DNA of 64,000 bases. It comes from Spirochaetota bacterium (GTDB lineage: Bacteria > Spirochaetota > UBA6919 > CBDBPB01). The notes under the pieces were generated by a model, which worked only from the letters and a program-made list of their open reading frames with translations, was not told where the DNA came from and ran no database searches. The stretch spans positions 480,001 to 544,000 of the forward strand of contig CBDBPB010000004.1 in assembly GCA_965208615.1 (NCBI GenBank). Direction: 5' to 3'. Positions 42,548 through 54,707 of the stretch are shown here, one piece after another (within the stretch, counting starts at the first letter, position 1; every line of letters begins with the position of its first letter). The translations under genes and the position numbers were made by a program.

Positions 42548-43306
42548 TTGAATAGCTTGCCTGACCAGCATAAATATGGATATGAAATTATTAAAGACCT
42601 ATATAAAAATAAAATCATATTAACGTGGTATAGGGATAATCCAAACGGTTGGAAACTTCATTCAGGACTATGGTCACCTTTTTATATTCAACTTCGTGAA
42701 CTAATAGCTTTCCCAAATATACTAGATAAAATATCCCTTTATATCGGAAAACTAATTAAAACAAATATACCAAACGCAAACCTGATTATAGGCCTTGCTA
42801 TGGCTGGTATACCTATTGCTACTGCAGTATCCTTAAAAACAAAAATACCTGCCGCATATACAAGAAAACTTGAAGGAATAACTAACCTTTCATCCTTAGA
42901 AAAAACTATACACAAATATGGAGATCACTCTTTAGTAGAAGGCAGACTTAGTAATAATAATAGAACAGTATTAGTGGATGATTTGGTTACTCAGTTTACT
43001 AGTAAGGCTATGGCAATAAGTATGATAAAACATGAGTATAATAAACGAAAAATAATAGACTATAAAGTTAAAGACGTTGTAGTACTACTCGATAGAGAAC
43101 AAGGTGCTGAAAAAGAAGCAAAAAAACTTGATGTAATATTACACAGCCTAATACCCTTTAAATCAAAAGGCATTCATTGGCTTAAAAACGATCTTAACCC
43201 AATAGAGTATAACATTATAACTGAGTATCTTGATAATCCAAATATTTTTCAGACTAACTCTATACAAGCTGATATTGCACAAAAAAATAAATATACTATA
43301 ACATAG
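42548..43306 (+). CDS. pyrE: Orotate phosphoribosyltransferase-like
   Basis: KLHSGLWSPFYIQLR, GLAMAGIP, PRPP motif VLVDDLVT and VLLDREQG. Confidence 0.8.
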   Translation: MNSLPDQHKYGYEIIKDLYKNKIILTWYRDNPNGWKLHSGLWSPFYIQLRELIAFPNILDKISLYIGKLIKTNIPNANLIIGLAMAGIPIATAVSLKTKIPAAYTRKLEGITNLSSLEKTIHKYGDHSLVEGRLSNNNRTVLVDDLVTQFTSKAMAISMIKHEYNKRKIIDYKVKDVVVLLDREQGAEKEAKKLDVILHSLIPFKSKGIHWLKNDLNPIEYNIITEYLDNPNIFQTNSIQADIAQKNKYTIT

Positions 43307-43429
43307 TCATTTTGCTCTATATTAACAAGCTAAGAAAACTTACTTATATATTAGTACATTTAAGGCTCTATCTTATTCTTATGTACAAGTATTTAAGTTA
43401 GTATATAAATTATATCAACGGAGATTATT

Positions 43430-45097
43430 ATGTCTAGTATTTACAAACCACCTGAATCACCATGGCGTGCAACTATTGAAACTGCAACTCTATCCAACTC
43501 AATTAGTAAAGCCTCTATGGCCAAGCTCTATGAGCTTTCTACAAAACAACCCAATGTTGTAGTAACTTCACATCCAATTTATAATCCTAAAAAATACGGA
43601 CTTCCTGATAATGCAAAAGTTCTTGTATCCAATGACGGCCAAATAGTAGGAAGAACCGCTAAAGCAAGACGTCTTGCTATTTATATGACTCAAAAAGAAA
43701 AAGACCACTATTTAGGAATACTAAGAGAAGCAGTATACAACTTTAACTATAAACAATGCCTCCACCTAGAAGGTGTAGTAGGCCTACACTCCACCTTTAT
43801 GATAAAAGCTCATCTTTTTAGTCCCATAAACGATGCTAAAAATATGCTTGACTGGGGCTTTAACTTTAATCCGTGGATGGAACCCATAATTAGTGAGTAT
43901 AAAGAATCAAGGGTTATTAATGAACCAGATATACTTGTTCTTGCTGATCCAGAGTGGAAGCATAAAGATTATCCAAACGGACTTGTTTTAGTGGATCAAA
44001 TGCAAAACTGCATAGCTATTTTAGGGTTACGCTATTTCGGAGAAAGAAAAAAAGGCACCCTAACCCTTGGCTGGGCAATAGGAGTACGACAAAATATGGT
44101 AGCCTGTCACGGGGGAATTAAAAAAATTGGTAATAAAAATCCTATTGCTGTATTTGGACTATCAGGTTCAGGTAAATCATCAATCACCAATGACCCAGAT
44201 CATGCAGGTACTCTTAATAAAGACGAAGTTGTAACAGTAGTCCACGATGATGCTTTTTTAATAGATCTAGAACACAATATTAGCATAAGCCTAGAACCAA
44301 ACCTTTTTGACAAAACTGATGCTGTAAAATACGATGACGCCAATTTAAAGTATTTTTACTCAGCCCAAAACATAGGGGTAACTAAACAATCAGATAATCA
44401 ACTAAAAATGATCTGTCAGGATATACGAAATCCAAATGGTAGGTGCATTAAAAGTAGGGATATGTTCCCCCATAAGAATAGCTGTGAAAGGCCTTCTAAG
44501 GTTATTTGGCTACAAAAGGATACTAGCCTTCCTCCGATTAGTAAAGTAAAAAATAATATTGCTTTGGCAGTTGCTATGGGAGCCTCATTAAGTACCATGA
44601 GAGCTAAAGGCGTAGAAAACGTTAATCCAGAAGAACTTAAAAAACTGGTTATTGAACCATTCGCTAATCCTTTTAGAGTGCATCCCCTAAGGTGGGACTG
44701 CGAACAGTTTAAAAAACTTTTTAAATCAGGTACTGACTGTTATATTATGAATACATATGCATTTGGACTTCCGAATAATATAATGGATATACCAAAAACT
44801 TTATCACTAAAAATAGTAACTCATATAATAAAGGAAAATATCAAATGGAAAGACTGGGACGGCTTTTACGGATTACAAATACCAGAAAATGCTAGTCAGT
44901 TACTCGAAAAGGATTATGATATTAAATATACTCCAACAGAAGATGAGCTATTCTTACAATTTCTAAAGGATAGACTCCAAGATAGAATAAACTTTTTATC
45001 CGATAACCAAAAAATAGAAAATGATATAGATACTACTTTTATTAACCCACTGGTAGTAGCTAGATCTCATATAGATCAGATTTTATATCCTATATAG
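43430..45097 (+). CDS. pckA: Phosphoenolpyruvate carboxykinase (ATP)
   Basis: YFGERKKG, ACHGG, P-loop FGLSGSGKS, VHDD, NPNGR and EPFANPF motifs. Confidence 0.88.
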   Translation: MSSIYKPPESPWRATIETATLSNSISKASMAKLYELSTKQPNVVVTSHPIYNPKKYGLPDNAKVLVSNDGQIVGRTAKARRLAIYMTQKEKDHYLGILREAVYNFNYKQCLHLEGVVGLHSTFMIKAHLFSPINDAKNMLDWGFNFNPWMEPIISEYKESRVINEPDILVLADPEWKHKDYPNGLVLVDQMQNCIAILGLRYFGERKKGTLTLGWAIGVRQNMVACHGGIKKIGNKNPIAVFGLSGSGKSSITNDPDHAGTLNKDEVVTVVHDDAFLIDLEHNISISLEPNLFDKTDAVKYDDANLKYFYSAQNIGVTKQSDNQLKMICQDIRNPNGRCIKSRDMFPHKNSCERPSKVIWLQKDTSLPPISKVKNNIALAVAMGASLSTMRAKGVENVNPEELKKLVIEPFANPFRVHPLRWDCEQFKKLFKSGTDCYIMNTYAFGLPNNIMDIPKTLSLKIVTHIIKENIKWKDWDGFYGLQIPENASQLLEKDYDIKYTPTEDELFLQFLKDRLQDRINFLSDNQKIENDIDTTFINPLVVARSHIDQILYPI

Positions 45098-45099
45098 AA

Positions 45100-45828
45100 T
45101 CATAATTTTTTTATTATAGCGGTTATACCTAGTTTATTTACATATTCTTTAGCCTTTTGTGCTTTTGCCTTACTATTAAAAGTCTTTTTGGTAAGAAGTC
45201 TAAATACCTTAGAGTCTTTATGGTAAAAAGAAATAAAACTAGGTATTCCCATTTTTAACAACTTTTGCTGACGCTCTATGGCATGCTCTATATTATAAAA
45301 AGCTCCAATTTGCAATTTATAATGGGGCTTTTTTAATTTTATAATAGGTTCATATATTTTAATTACAAATATCTTCCTAGACTTGCTGTTTTGTTTTTTT
45401 GCCTTTTTTAGCCTGTTTGCTGACCTTTTAACTGCAGTATTAGGATTAATAAATTTATTATCACTTTTTCGCTTTCCCAAAAGTATAACACGTACCTTAG
45501 CTAATCCACTATTGATGAACTTCAACTGTATGGCGGCTTCTTTGGATACATCAATAATTCTATTAGCCTTAAACGGCCCCCTATCGTTTATTTTAATAAC
45601 AACAGACCTATTATTATCCAAATTGACAACCTTAACATAAGTACCAAAAGGTAAAGTACGATGTGCTCCTGTTAGACTATGCATATTATATATTTCTCCA
45701 CTAGCAGTTTTCCTACCGTGAAAGGCTTTGCCATACCATGATGCATATCCTTCAATCACTTTACCGCCGTAAGAGTATACAACACAAGTAAAAGTAAATA
45801 TTATTATAAGGCAAACCTTTATTCTCAT
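45100..45828 (-). CDS. rlpA: Septal ring lytic transglycosylase RlpA with SPOR domain
   Basis: GYASWYGKAFHGRKTASGE, AHRTLPFGT, INDRGPF and LQIGAF motifs; start taken as ATG 45828. Confidence 0.93.
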   Translation of the reverse strand: MRIKVCLIIIFTFTCVVYSYGGKVIEGYASWYGKAFHGRKTASGEIYNMHSLTGAHRTLPFGTYVKVVNLDNNRSVVIKINDRGPFKANRIIDVSKEAAIQLKFINSGLAKVRVILLGKRKSDNKFINPNTAVKRSANRLKKAKKQNSKSRKIFVIKIYEPIIKLKKPHYKLQIGAFYNIEHAIERQQKLLKMGIPSFISFYHKDSKVFRLLTKKTFNSKAKAQKAKEYVNKLGITAIIKKL

Positions 45829-45859
45829 AGTAATTACCCATTGTTTATATTTGGCTATT

Positions 45860-45887
45860 TTATCGGAATATAAACTAAAACAATTCA
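45860..45887 (-). promoter_or_regulatory. Candidate sigma-28 promoter upstream of rlpA
   Basis: TGAA-N16-TCCGATAA. Confidence 0.4.
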
Positions 45888-45981
45888 TTACTTAATATTA
45901 TGAAATAACTTTTCAATCAATACTTTATTTTCTTGTTTCAAATGTAAAATGCCTTAATATGACATTAAACAATAAGAAATA

Positions 45982-46009
45982 TTGACATATTAAAAATACG
46001 CATTATCTT
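45982..46009 (+). promoter_or_regulatory. Candidate sigma-70 promoter for rsfS
   Basis: TTGACA-16 nt-TATCTT. Confidence 0.5.
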
Positions 46010-46086
46010 TTTATATGTTAACTATATAATATTTGCTTCTCAACACTCTAAAACTATTAAAAAAAAATATATGCTTTAAGGTATCT

Positions 46087-46467
46087 ATGACTAAAGAAAA
46101 AATTAAAGAATATTCAATCAATATCGCAAAAATAATCGAAGATAAAAAAGCCAACGATGTAGTGGTAATCGACGTTGAAGGAATTACTCCACATTTCGAC
46201 TTCTTGATAATCGCTAGCACTAACTCCTTTCTACACCTTAGTGCACTTACTAAAACCATTATAAAAAAACTCTCTGAATACAATTTTAAAAAAAGAAACT
46301 CCATTAAAGAATATGAGAATAATCCATGGATATTAATAGATTGCGAATCCATTATAATACACCTATTCACAAACGAAGCAAGAAACTTCTATAACCTAGA
46401 AAAACTATGGGTAGAAGGTAACCTTATTTATGGTGAACCTAAATATCAAAAAAAAATCCTAAGTTAA
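46087..46467 (+). CDS. rsfS: Ribosome silencing factor RsfS
   Basis: DKKANDVVVID, WILIDC and HLFTNEARNFYNLEKLW motifs. Confidence 0.93.
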   Translation: MTKEKIKEYSINIAKIIEDKKANDVVVIDVEGITPHFDFLIIASTNSFLHLSALTKTIIKKLSEYNFKKRNSIKEYENNPWILIDCESIIIHLFTNEARNFYNLEKLWVEGNLIYGEPKYQKKILS

Positions 46468-46474
46468 TAACAAA

Positions 46475-47062
46475 ATGAAAAATATTAACTATAGCAAAAA
46501 TTGGAACTCTATATCCAATATGTCAGAAAATGACCTTTATCAAATCAATATAAAAAAACTCGATGAAGAAGACCTTGATGCACTATCCATAAGGCTTTTT
46601 AACCTAGGTCAAAAAGATAAAGCCTTATCTGTATACCAACATATGCTGTTGACTGATAAAAATAATCCAGCTGTTGAGTATACAAATATATACGAAAAAG
46701 TGATAATCGACTTGATGACCAAAAAAAACTATATTAAAGCTTCCTTATTCCTAAAAGACTATTTAATATTTGATGAACAAAAACGTAATGGCTATAGGAA
46801 CCACTTTATAAGAAGAAATATAGGTATATGCTATATATTCTCTGGCGAGCCGGATAAAGGACAAAAAATTATAAATACCCTTATTAACGAAGCTCCAGAT
46901 GACTTCTTTACATATAATGACTTGGCTATCGAATTCTATTACGCCAATGATAAAAGTAATACTATAAAATATTTAAGTATGGGAAAAAATAGTGCTAAAA
47001 ACTACGATAATGACTTTTGGTTTAAGTACTTCTCTGAGAAAATAACTGAAATAGAAAATTAA
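46475..47062 (+). CDS. TPR-like hypothetical protein
   Basis: Helical-repeat pattern (IGICYIFSGEPDKG...PDDFFTYNDLA). Confidence 0.65.
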   Translation: MKNINYSKNWNSISNMSENDLYQINIKKLDEEDLDALSIRLFNLGQKDKALSVYQHMLLTDKNNPAVEYTNIYEKVIIDLMTKKNYIKASLFLKDYLIFDEQKRNGYRNHFIRRNIGICYIFSGEPDKGQKIINTLINEAPDDFFTYNDLAIEFYYANDKSNTIKYLSMGKNSAKNYDNDFWFKYFSEKITEIEN

Positions 47063-47126
47063 CTTTATAATTTAGAAAGGTATTTGACGATATTAATATA
47101 TAACTTATTGTAAATAAGGTCTATAA

Positions 47127-48810
47127 ATGTCAAACCACAAAAAAGATAAGGTTTTAGAAACTGCTAAATTATACCTTCAACTTGGTACACTGTTAAAAAA
47201 AAAGAGACCCCTTTGGGCTAAAGAAAAAGTAGAAAAAATCATAGCCGAAGATATTAACAATAATAAGAAAATCAATCACATATTAAAAATTGATAAGACT
47301 ATAAAAGAACAAAATACTATATTAAAAAAAAAGAACTTACATAATAATATAAAAAAAACTAAAAAACAATATAAAAAAACTACCCCTATTAAAAAACTAA
47401 AAAGAGAAAATATATTATCTTATATCCTTTTTCAGTATAAGAAAATAGTCTCATTTGGTATTCAAACAAAAACTCTAAAACCCTATCCCCTAACCCTTGG
47501 CTTTAAAATAGATCATAACGTTGGAACTTCACTATACCACCTTAATTCCACTATAAAAGAACTCTTAGAACCCCTTTATTATCTAGTAGAAAACTCCTGG
47601 GTAACTTTAAACAAAGAACAGTATAACCTTATTATAGTATTTTACGACTTTTGTAGTCAATATAATCAAAGCTTTTTAAAGAACTTTGATTATACAGATA
47701 TTATGGTACTCGAGGATAACTTTTTAACCGTAATACAAAAAAATAGCTATAAACAAATGCTTATAGACAGCTTCAGAGAAGGTATAAAAGATAATGATAG
47801 TCATAAACCTAAACTAGAAAACTATATAAATAATGTTAAAAAAATTATAGAACCAAATATTATGCTACCTTCTCTAACTCATATCATACTGGCTTTACAC
47901 ATGGTAGACCTAAGGCAATTTATTAATATTAAAGAACTTATTTATACAGAAAACCCTCCCTCTATAAAAAAGAATAGGTATTTAGCTCCAGATAATGTAA
48001 TAAAAGACATTCAAACTATGATAGCTAAAAAAAGTCAAGCTATCCTTAGCCTAGAAGAAGAAATAAGGTTTATGGAGTTTGCAAATAAACTATTATTTGA
48101 TAAGGATATTAATCCCAACTTTAGTATTATTATAGAGTTTTTAAACGGAAAAGCTAATAAAATCGACATTGATAAAGAAAAAAATGATTTAATAAACCTT
48201 GTTTTGAGCCTATTAAAAGAATATATCAGCGTGTTTAAGGCATTCACTTTGGATAAAATTAAAATTACTACTAAAGATAACAATGTTGTAGAAGAAAAAG
48301 TTACCCCTTATGCTCTGGATAATGATTTTCGTAATATAATGTCAGAATACAGACAAATAATGGAACTTAATATAAAAGATTATAATAAGCTCTCTTTTGA
48401 AGAATATAAAACTTATATAAACACAAATACTGAAACACAAAATAATAAAGCTAATTTCTTTATTATATTAAAAAGACTATCAAAAACATTTTATGAACTT
48501 AGTTTTAAGTTATTCCATAGCTATTTTTATGAAAAAGAGTTAATTAGGTTATCTAGTAGTGAAAAAATGAAGCTTGCAAAAAATAAAGATTTATTTGAAA
48601 AGTCTATCCCCTATTCTAAGGGAAGGATTAATCTAAATTATTATCTTTCTAATAAAACCTGTATTAGACTCTTATATTAACCTTATTGAGTTTTGTTTAA
48701 ACTTTTCTTTCTTTTTCCTAAACCAAGACTTGATTAAAAAACTAAAGTATTTGCCTGTTTTAAAAGACGATCTTGCTAAGCTAAACAAGATAATTTTGAG
48801 GATGACTTAA
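47127..48810 (+). CDS. Hypothetical helical protein; probable 1-nt insertion near 48655 extends it to 48810
   Basis: 517-aa ORF; the shifted frame continues KPVLDSYINLIEFCLNF...ILRMT to a TAA ending 2 nt before the next start. Confidence 0.75.
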
Positions 48811-48812
48811 TT

Positions 48813-49181
48813 GTGAATAAAGAAAAAGATAATATTTATTACTCCATTGGAGAAGTTAGTAAAATTGTTAAGCTTAAAGAACATGTTATTAGATTCTGGG
48901 AAAAAGAGTTTGACGTTCTAGACCCCATCATAAACAGTAATAAGAATAATCGAAGAAAATATACAGATGAAGATATACAAATTATCCAAAGAATTAAAAC
49001 CCTCCTATACAAAGATGGTTTAACCATTAAAGGTGCCCAAAAGCACTTGCAAAAAGATAATCAAGAGTTAACTAACCAAAATAAAACTAAAACATTACAT
49101 TATCCAAAACAAACTATTACACCTTTAGAAAAAGAGACTATCTTGTCTAACCTAAAAGAAGTAGTTAAATTACTCAGCTAA
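48813..49181 (+). CDS. MerR-family HTH regulator
   Basis: YYSIGEVSKIV, HVIRFWEKEF, RRKYT and LYKDGLTIKGA motifs. Confidence 0.9.
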   Translation: MNKEKDNIYYSIGEVSKIVKLKEHVIRFWEKEFDVLDPIINSNKNNRRKYTDEDIQIIQRIKTLLYKDGLTIKGAQKHLQKDNQELTNQNKTKTLHYPKQTITPLEKETILSNLKEVVKLLS

Positions 49182-49218
49182 CAGCTTATCAATAATTATA
49201 AAATAAGGATCAACAATA

Positions 49219-50914
49219 ATGGCAAATAACATGAATGACAAAATAGATAAGCCTAAATATGACTTCATAAGAACTATAATTGATAACGATTTAAAAAACG
49301 CTAAACATAAAAAGATAATTACTCGCTTTCCACCCGAGCCAAACGGCTTTTTGCATATAGGTCATGCAAAGTCTATTGTTTTGAACTTTGATATAGCCAA
49401 AGAGTATAATGGAATATGTCACCTTAGACTTGACGATACTAATCCAGAAAAAGAAGATAACATATACGTTGAGGCAATAAAGAAGACATAAAATGGCTTG
49501 GGTATAATTGGGATGAACATTTATATTTTTCATCAGACTACTATGATAAGCTTTATGACTTAGCAATTAAACTAATAGAAAAGGATAAGGCATACGTTGA
49601 CAGCCTTAACGAAGATGATATTAAAAAGTATAGGGGTACCACAGAGAAAACTAAAGATACTAAACCCTTGCCCGGCAAGGATAGCCCATATAGAACAAGG
49701 TCTATACAAGAAAACCTTAATCTTTTTAAGCAAATGGCAAATGGCAAGTTCAAAGATGGTGAACACGTATTAAGAGCTAAAATAGATATGAACTCACCAA
49801 ACCTTAACATGAGAGACCCTGTCTTATACAGAATAAAACATACATACCATTATAGGGCTAAAGATAAATGGTGTATATATCCAATGTATGACTTTGCTCA
49901 CTGCCTATCAGACTCTATAGAAGGGATAACCCATTCATTGTGTACATTAGAGTTTGAGCTAAACAGACCATTATACAACTGGATCATAAACGAACTGGAC
50001 TTAAACTCTAAACCTCAACAAATTGAGTTTGCTAGGTTAAATCTTAGTAATACCATTTTGAGTAAACGTAAGCTAATTAAACTGGTATCAGAAAACTACG
50101 TTAGTGGATGGGATGACCCAAGAATGCCAACAATTAGCGGACTAAGACGAAAAGGATATACCCCAAAATCTATTATAGACTTCTGTAAGCGTATAGGAAT
50201 ATCAAAAACCCATAGCACCGTAAACATAAACCTACTAGAACACTGTATCCGTGAAGACCTAAATAAACACGCCAATAGGGTTATGGCTGTTATAAACCCT
50301 CTTAAGGTTATTATAACCAACTATCCAAAAGATAAAATAGAATGGCTTTATGCCGATAATAATCCAGAAAATCCAAATGCTGGTAAACGTAAAATACCGT
50401 TCTCTAAAGAAATATATATTGAACAAAACGACTTTATGACTGATCCCCCTAAGAAGTTCTTTAGGCTATCCCCAGGCAAAGAAGTTAGACTGCAACACGC
50501 ATATTATATTAAATGTGAGTCTTACAAAATAGATAGTAAAACTGGCAATATATTAGAAGTTTATTGTAGTTATGATCCAGACACTAAAGGAGGATGGTCA
50601 AAAGATAATAGAAAAGTTAAAGGTACATCCCATTGGGTATCCGCTGTTGAATCGGTAAAAATAAGGGTTAATTTATACGATTATATGTTCCTGGATGACA
50701 AAGCTAATAACCTTATAAACAACATAAATCCTGACTCCATTAAGATAATCAATGACTGTTTGGTTGAACCATCAATAAGAAATGCTAAACCAGGTGATAA
50801 ATTTCAATTCTTACGTCAGGGATATTTTTGCGTTGATAAAGACTCATCCCCAGATAAAATGATATTTAATCAAACTGTCTCACTAAAAGTAGCTGGAATA
50901 AAAAAAATAAATAG
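49219..50914 (+). CDS. glnS: Glutamine-tRNA ligase; 1-nt deletions near 49480 and 50886
   Basis: [53 protein letters not shown] and FQFLRQGYF; corrected end [10 protein letters not shown]. Confidence 0.96.
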
Positions 50915-50922
50915 AGGTAAAT

Positions 50923-52203
50923 ATGGTTAGAGTACGCTTTGCACCATCTCCAACTGGGAGCATACATATTGGCAACGTTAGAGCCGCATTGTTTAATTAT
51001 ATATTCGCTAAAAAACATAATGGTAAACTAATACTCCGCCTTGAGGATACCGATTTAGAACGCTCTTCTGAAGAGTCTGCTATGAGTATTATCAATGACC
51101 TTAATTGGTTAGGCATCAATTTTGATGAGGGACCCCATATAGGGGGTGAGTATGGCCCATATAAGCAAACTGAAAGGCTTAGTATATATAAAGAATATGC
51201 AGAAAAGTTACTATCCGCTGGCAAGGCTGAGAAAGACTATACCACTGATAACTCTTATGGAATACGCTTTAAGGCTAAAAAGAAAGCCGTATTTAATGAT
51301 ACTGTATACGGCAGAGTAGAGAAAGAAGTCGATGACTTTATTATTCTAAAGTCCAACGGTATACCAACATACCATTTAGGCGTAGTGGTGGATGACTCAT
51401 TAATGAATATCACACACGTAATAAGGGGTAAAGACCACCTGGATAATACAGCTAAACATACATTACTATATGAGGCATTAAATATTAAGCCACCTATATA
51501 TGCTCATTATTCTTTGACGTCTGGACTTAGCAAAAGGGATAAAAGTAAGAGTATAGAGTCCCTTAGGGAAAAGGGCTATTTACCAGAAGCAATTATAAAC
51601 TATTCCATGCTATTAGGATGGTCTCCTAAAGACGATAGTGATAAGTTTAACATATTCGATAAGCTAAACGAGTTTGACATAAAAGACCTTACTAAAGCTA
51701 ACTCCAACTTTGATGAGGAAAAGTTTAATTGGTTATCTGGACAATATATTAGAGAGGCAAACTTAGATAGATTAACTCAAATTGCAATGCCATACATCAA
51801 CTATAAAGCCGATAAAGAGTATATTAATAAAATTGTATATGCAGTACGGAACAAGCTAAAGTGCGTTTCGGATATAGTTTATCACATTGACTTTTTCTTC
51901 CATGATGACATAGTTTATGAGAACAGTAATGCCGAACTTATAATTAAAAACAATGACTCACAAAAGGTTATACAGAGTCTTCTTGATAAAATAAAATTAG
52001 ACCCAACCATAACCGAGGATAATTTTAATACACTTATTAAGGCCGTACAAAAAGATACTAAAATTAAAGGTAAAAAACTCTTTATGCCTATAAGGATAGC
52101 TCTAACAGGTAAAACCCATGGATCAGAAATGAATTTAGTTGCCCCAATATTAGGTGCTAAAAGGTGTATTTTAAGATTAGAAAAGGCAATTAATAAAAAT
52201 TAG
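50923..52203 (+). CDS. gltX: Glutamate-tRNA ligase (short; lacks the Zn-binding insertion)
   Basis: RFAPSPTGSIHIGN, RLEDTD, PTYHLGVVVDD, ITHVIRG, LSKR and C-terminal KLFMPIRIALTG. Confidence 0.9.
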   Translation: MVRVRFAPSPTGSIHIGNVRAALFNYIFAKKHNGKLILRLEDTDLERSSEESAMSIINDLNWLGINFDEGPHIGGEYGPYKQTERLSIYKEYAEKLLSAGKAEKDYTTDNSYGIRFKAKKKAVFNDTVYGRVEKEVDDFIILKSNGIPTYHLGVVVDDSLMNITHVIRGKDHLDNTAKHTLLYEALNIKPPIYAHYSLTSGLSKRDKSKSIESLREKGYLPEAIINYSMLLGWSPKDDSDKFNIFDKLNEFDIKDLTKANSNFDEEKFNWLSGQYIREANLDRLTQIAMPYINYKADKEYINKIVYAVRNKLKCVSDIVYHIDFFFHDDIVYENSNAELIIKNNDSQKVIQSLLDKIKLDPTITEDNFNTLIKAVQKDTKIKGKKLFMPIRIALTGKTHGSEMNLVAPILGAKRCILRLEKAINKN

Positions 52204-54707
52204 TTAGCCCGCCTTATAAAGGCTCTCTCTTAATAATAGGATTGGCTCTTTTTGTATATTGTTATTATCCAAAGAAAATTGAGCCAGCCTTATAATCTTT
52301 AGGGTTAATAGGTGTTTTTTATCCCTTTGGAATAGAAAAGTTAAATAGTCAAACAAACTAGCTGAGATATTACTAGTCTTAAAAGCTAATACAATATAAC
52401 TATCAACTATATAAGCCTTTATAAATAAGTTTAACTTGTCTTTCTTAACACCATTCTTAATGGATGGTATATACTCTATACTGTCCAAAAGCTTTATTCT
52501 CTCTTCCAAAGGCTTAAGCATAATAATATCATCAAGATATATTTTATATTCCAGCATATTTATATCAGCATTAAGATTTGGCAGTTTATCACTAGTATAA
52601 TAAAAATCATTTACTTGTACGCCCAAAGGTAACTGACTATTAATACTGTCCTTAAAATTAGTAAAGTCATAATCCGACTTAACCTTAAACTGAAGATATT
52701 CAGCTAAGCTCTCTACACCAGTAGGCAAGGGATTAACTATTTCTATTTTAGGTATAGGATTAAACCCCTTAGAAAATATAATAGGTAAATCCATTCTCAA
52801 GACTGCCCTCTGAATAAGGTTATACAACTCCAAGTGGGATAAAAATCGTAGTATACCCTCCTTAGTAAACTTTATCCTCACCGTAATATGATTATCGTTA
52901 TCAATATGGCTATCTTTTGTATTGACTATATTATTCTCAGTATCGTCAAAAACCCTCTTTAACTCCTTATTACAAACACCACAATAATCATAACATTTAT
53001 CCCTACAATCTTTAGTCTCACAAGCATTATTAGCCTTATCCAACTCGCTAATTAAAAACCATTATCAACGTTAGAACCTATATGATCCCAGGGTAACAGG
53101 CTGTTTAAGTCAATATCCTTATGTATATAATCATCAATGTTAATATTTAAGTCCTTTAATACGCTCATCCAAAGGCTAAAGTTAAAATGATCACCCCATC
53201 CCTGAAAGATAGCACCCCTTTTATATACCCCGTGAATAACCCCGGATATTAACCTATCCCCCCTTGCTATAAGACCCTCTATAAGGCTCATCTGAGGAGA
53301 ATGAAACTTTAATTTTATCCTCTTATTGCGTAAACCTAAAGATAAATTATTTAGCTTATCCTCAGCCTCAGAAATAGTAATCTGTTTAGCCCACTGAAAA
53401 GGAGTATGAGACTTAGGTATAAAAACACCAATGTTAAGATTAATCCTTAATCCCCTGTTATCCGATAGTAGTTTATTAACCAATTTAATAATGCTATTCT
53501 CTTCATTACTACTACTAGAGGGTAAACCAATCATAAAGTATAATTTAATAGTTTTCCATCCAAGTTTAGTGACCTTTTTAACAATATCCAAAAGCTTATC
53601 TTCGGTTACCCTTTTGTTAATAACATCCCTTGTATGCTCACTAGCGGCCTCTATAGCAAAAGTAAGCCCAGTTTTTCTAACCTTTTTAATCTGTATTGCC
53701 GAATCTAAAGTAAAAGCATCTATCCTCAAAGAAGGTAAGGAAAATGATATACCCCTATTAGCAAATGTATTGTTCAGAACAGCAATAAGCTCGGATAAGT
53801 TACTATAATCAGCTATACTAAGGGATAACAAAGATGCCTCTCTATAACCCGTATTTTTGAATAGACTTTTTGCTATATTTACAATAGAATTAATAGAACG
53901 CTCACGTACAGGACGATATATCATACCAGCTTGACAAAACCTACATCCAGCAGTACATCCACGGGATACCTCTATAAAGCCATAATCTTGGGTCACCTGC
54001 GTATAGGGTACTGGTGGACGAATAGGATGACTAATCTTATTAATATCGCCTTGAGCCAGTGTTCTAATCTTAGTATTAGAATTATGTTTAGCTGGAACAT
54101 ATATACCGGGTAATAAAGAGTAGTTATTAAGCATATCCTCTTTGGATAAGCCTTTATTATCCATATCTATAAACTTGTTACCTATATCTATAATAGCGGT
54201 CTCACCCTCACCTATCACGAATAAGTCTATAAAGTCAGCAATAGGCTCAGGATTATAACAACATGGTCCCCCAGCTATTACAAGGGGATAAGTACTATCC
54301 CTATCCTTGCTATAGAGCGGGATATTAGCAAGATCCAAAATAGCCAACACATTTGTGAAGGTTAATTCATACTGCAATGAAAAACCAATAATATCAAAGC
54401 CTTTCAAAGGAGTACCAGACTCAAGGGAACATAATTCTAGTTTATTATCCCTTAGCTGACTAACCATATCCACCCACGGCATAAATACTCTCTCGCATAA
54501 CATATTATCCCTAGAATTAATAATCTCATAAAGATATTTAATCCCCAAGTTAGACATACCAATATCGTATAGATCAGGATAGGAAAGCACCATTTTAAAG
54601 TCTACCTTGTTAAAGTCCTTCTTAACAGAGTTGATCTCCCTACCAATATATCTAGAAGGCTTGGATACCTTAATTAAAATATCGTTAAATAATTTATCAT
54701 TTATCAT
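52204..54707 (-). CDS. TIGR03960-type radical SAM protein fused to TIGR03936/DUF2344 domain; 1-nt deletion near 53056
   Basis: KPSRYIGRE, YPDLYDIGMSNLG, RGCTAGCRFCQAG (CxxxCxxC), KSHTPFQW and LPWDHI; then CRDKCYDYCGVC and RFLSHLE...SKGFNPIPK. Confidence 0.9.
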
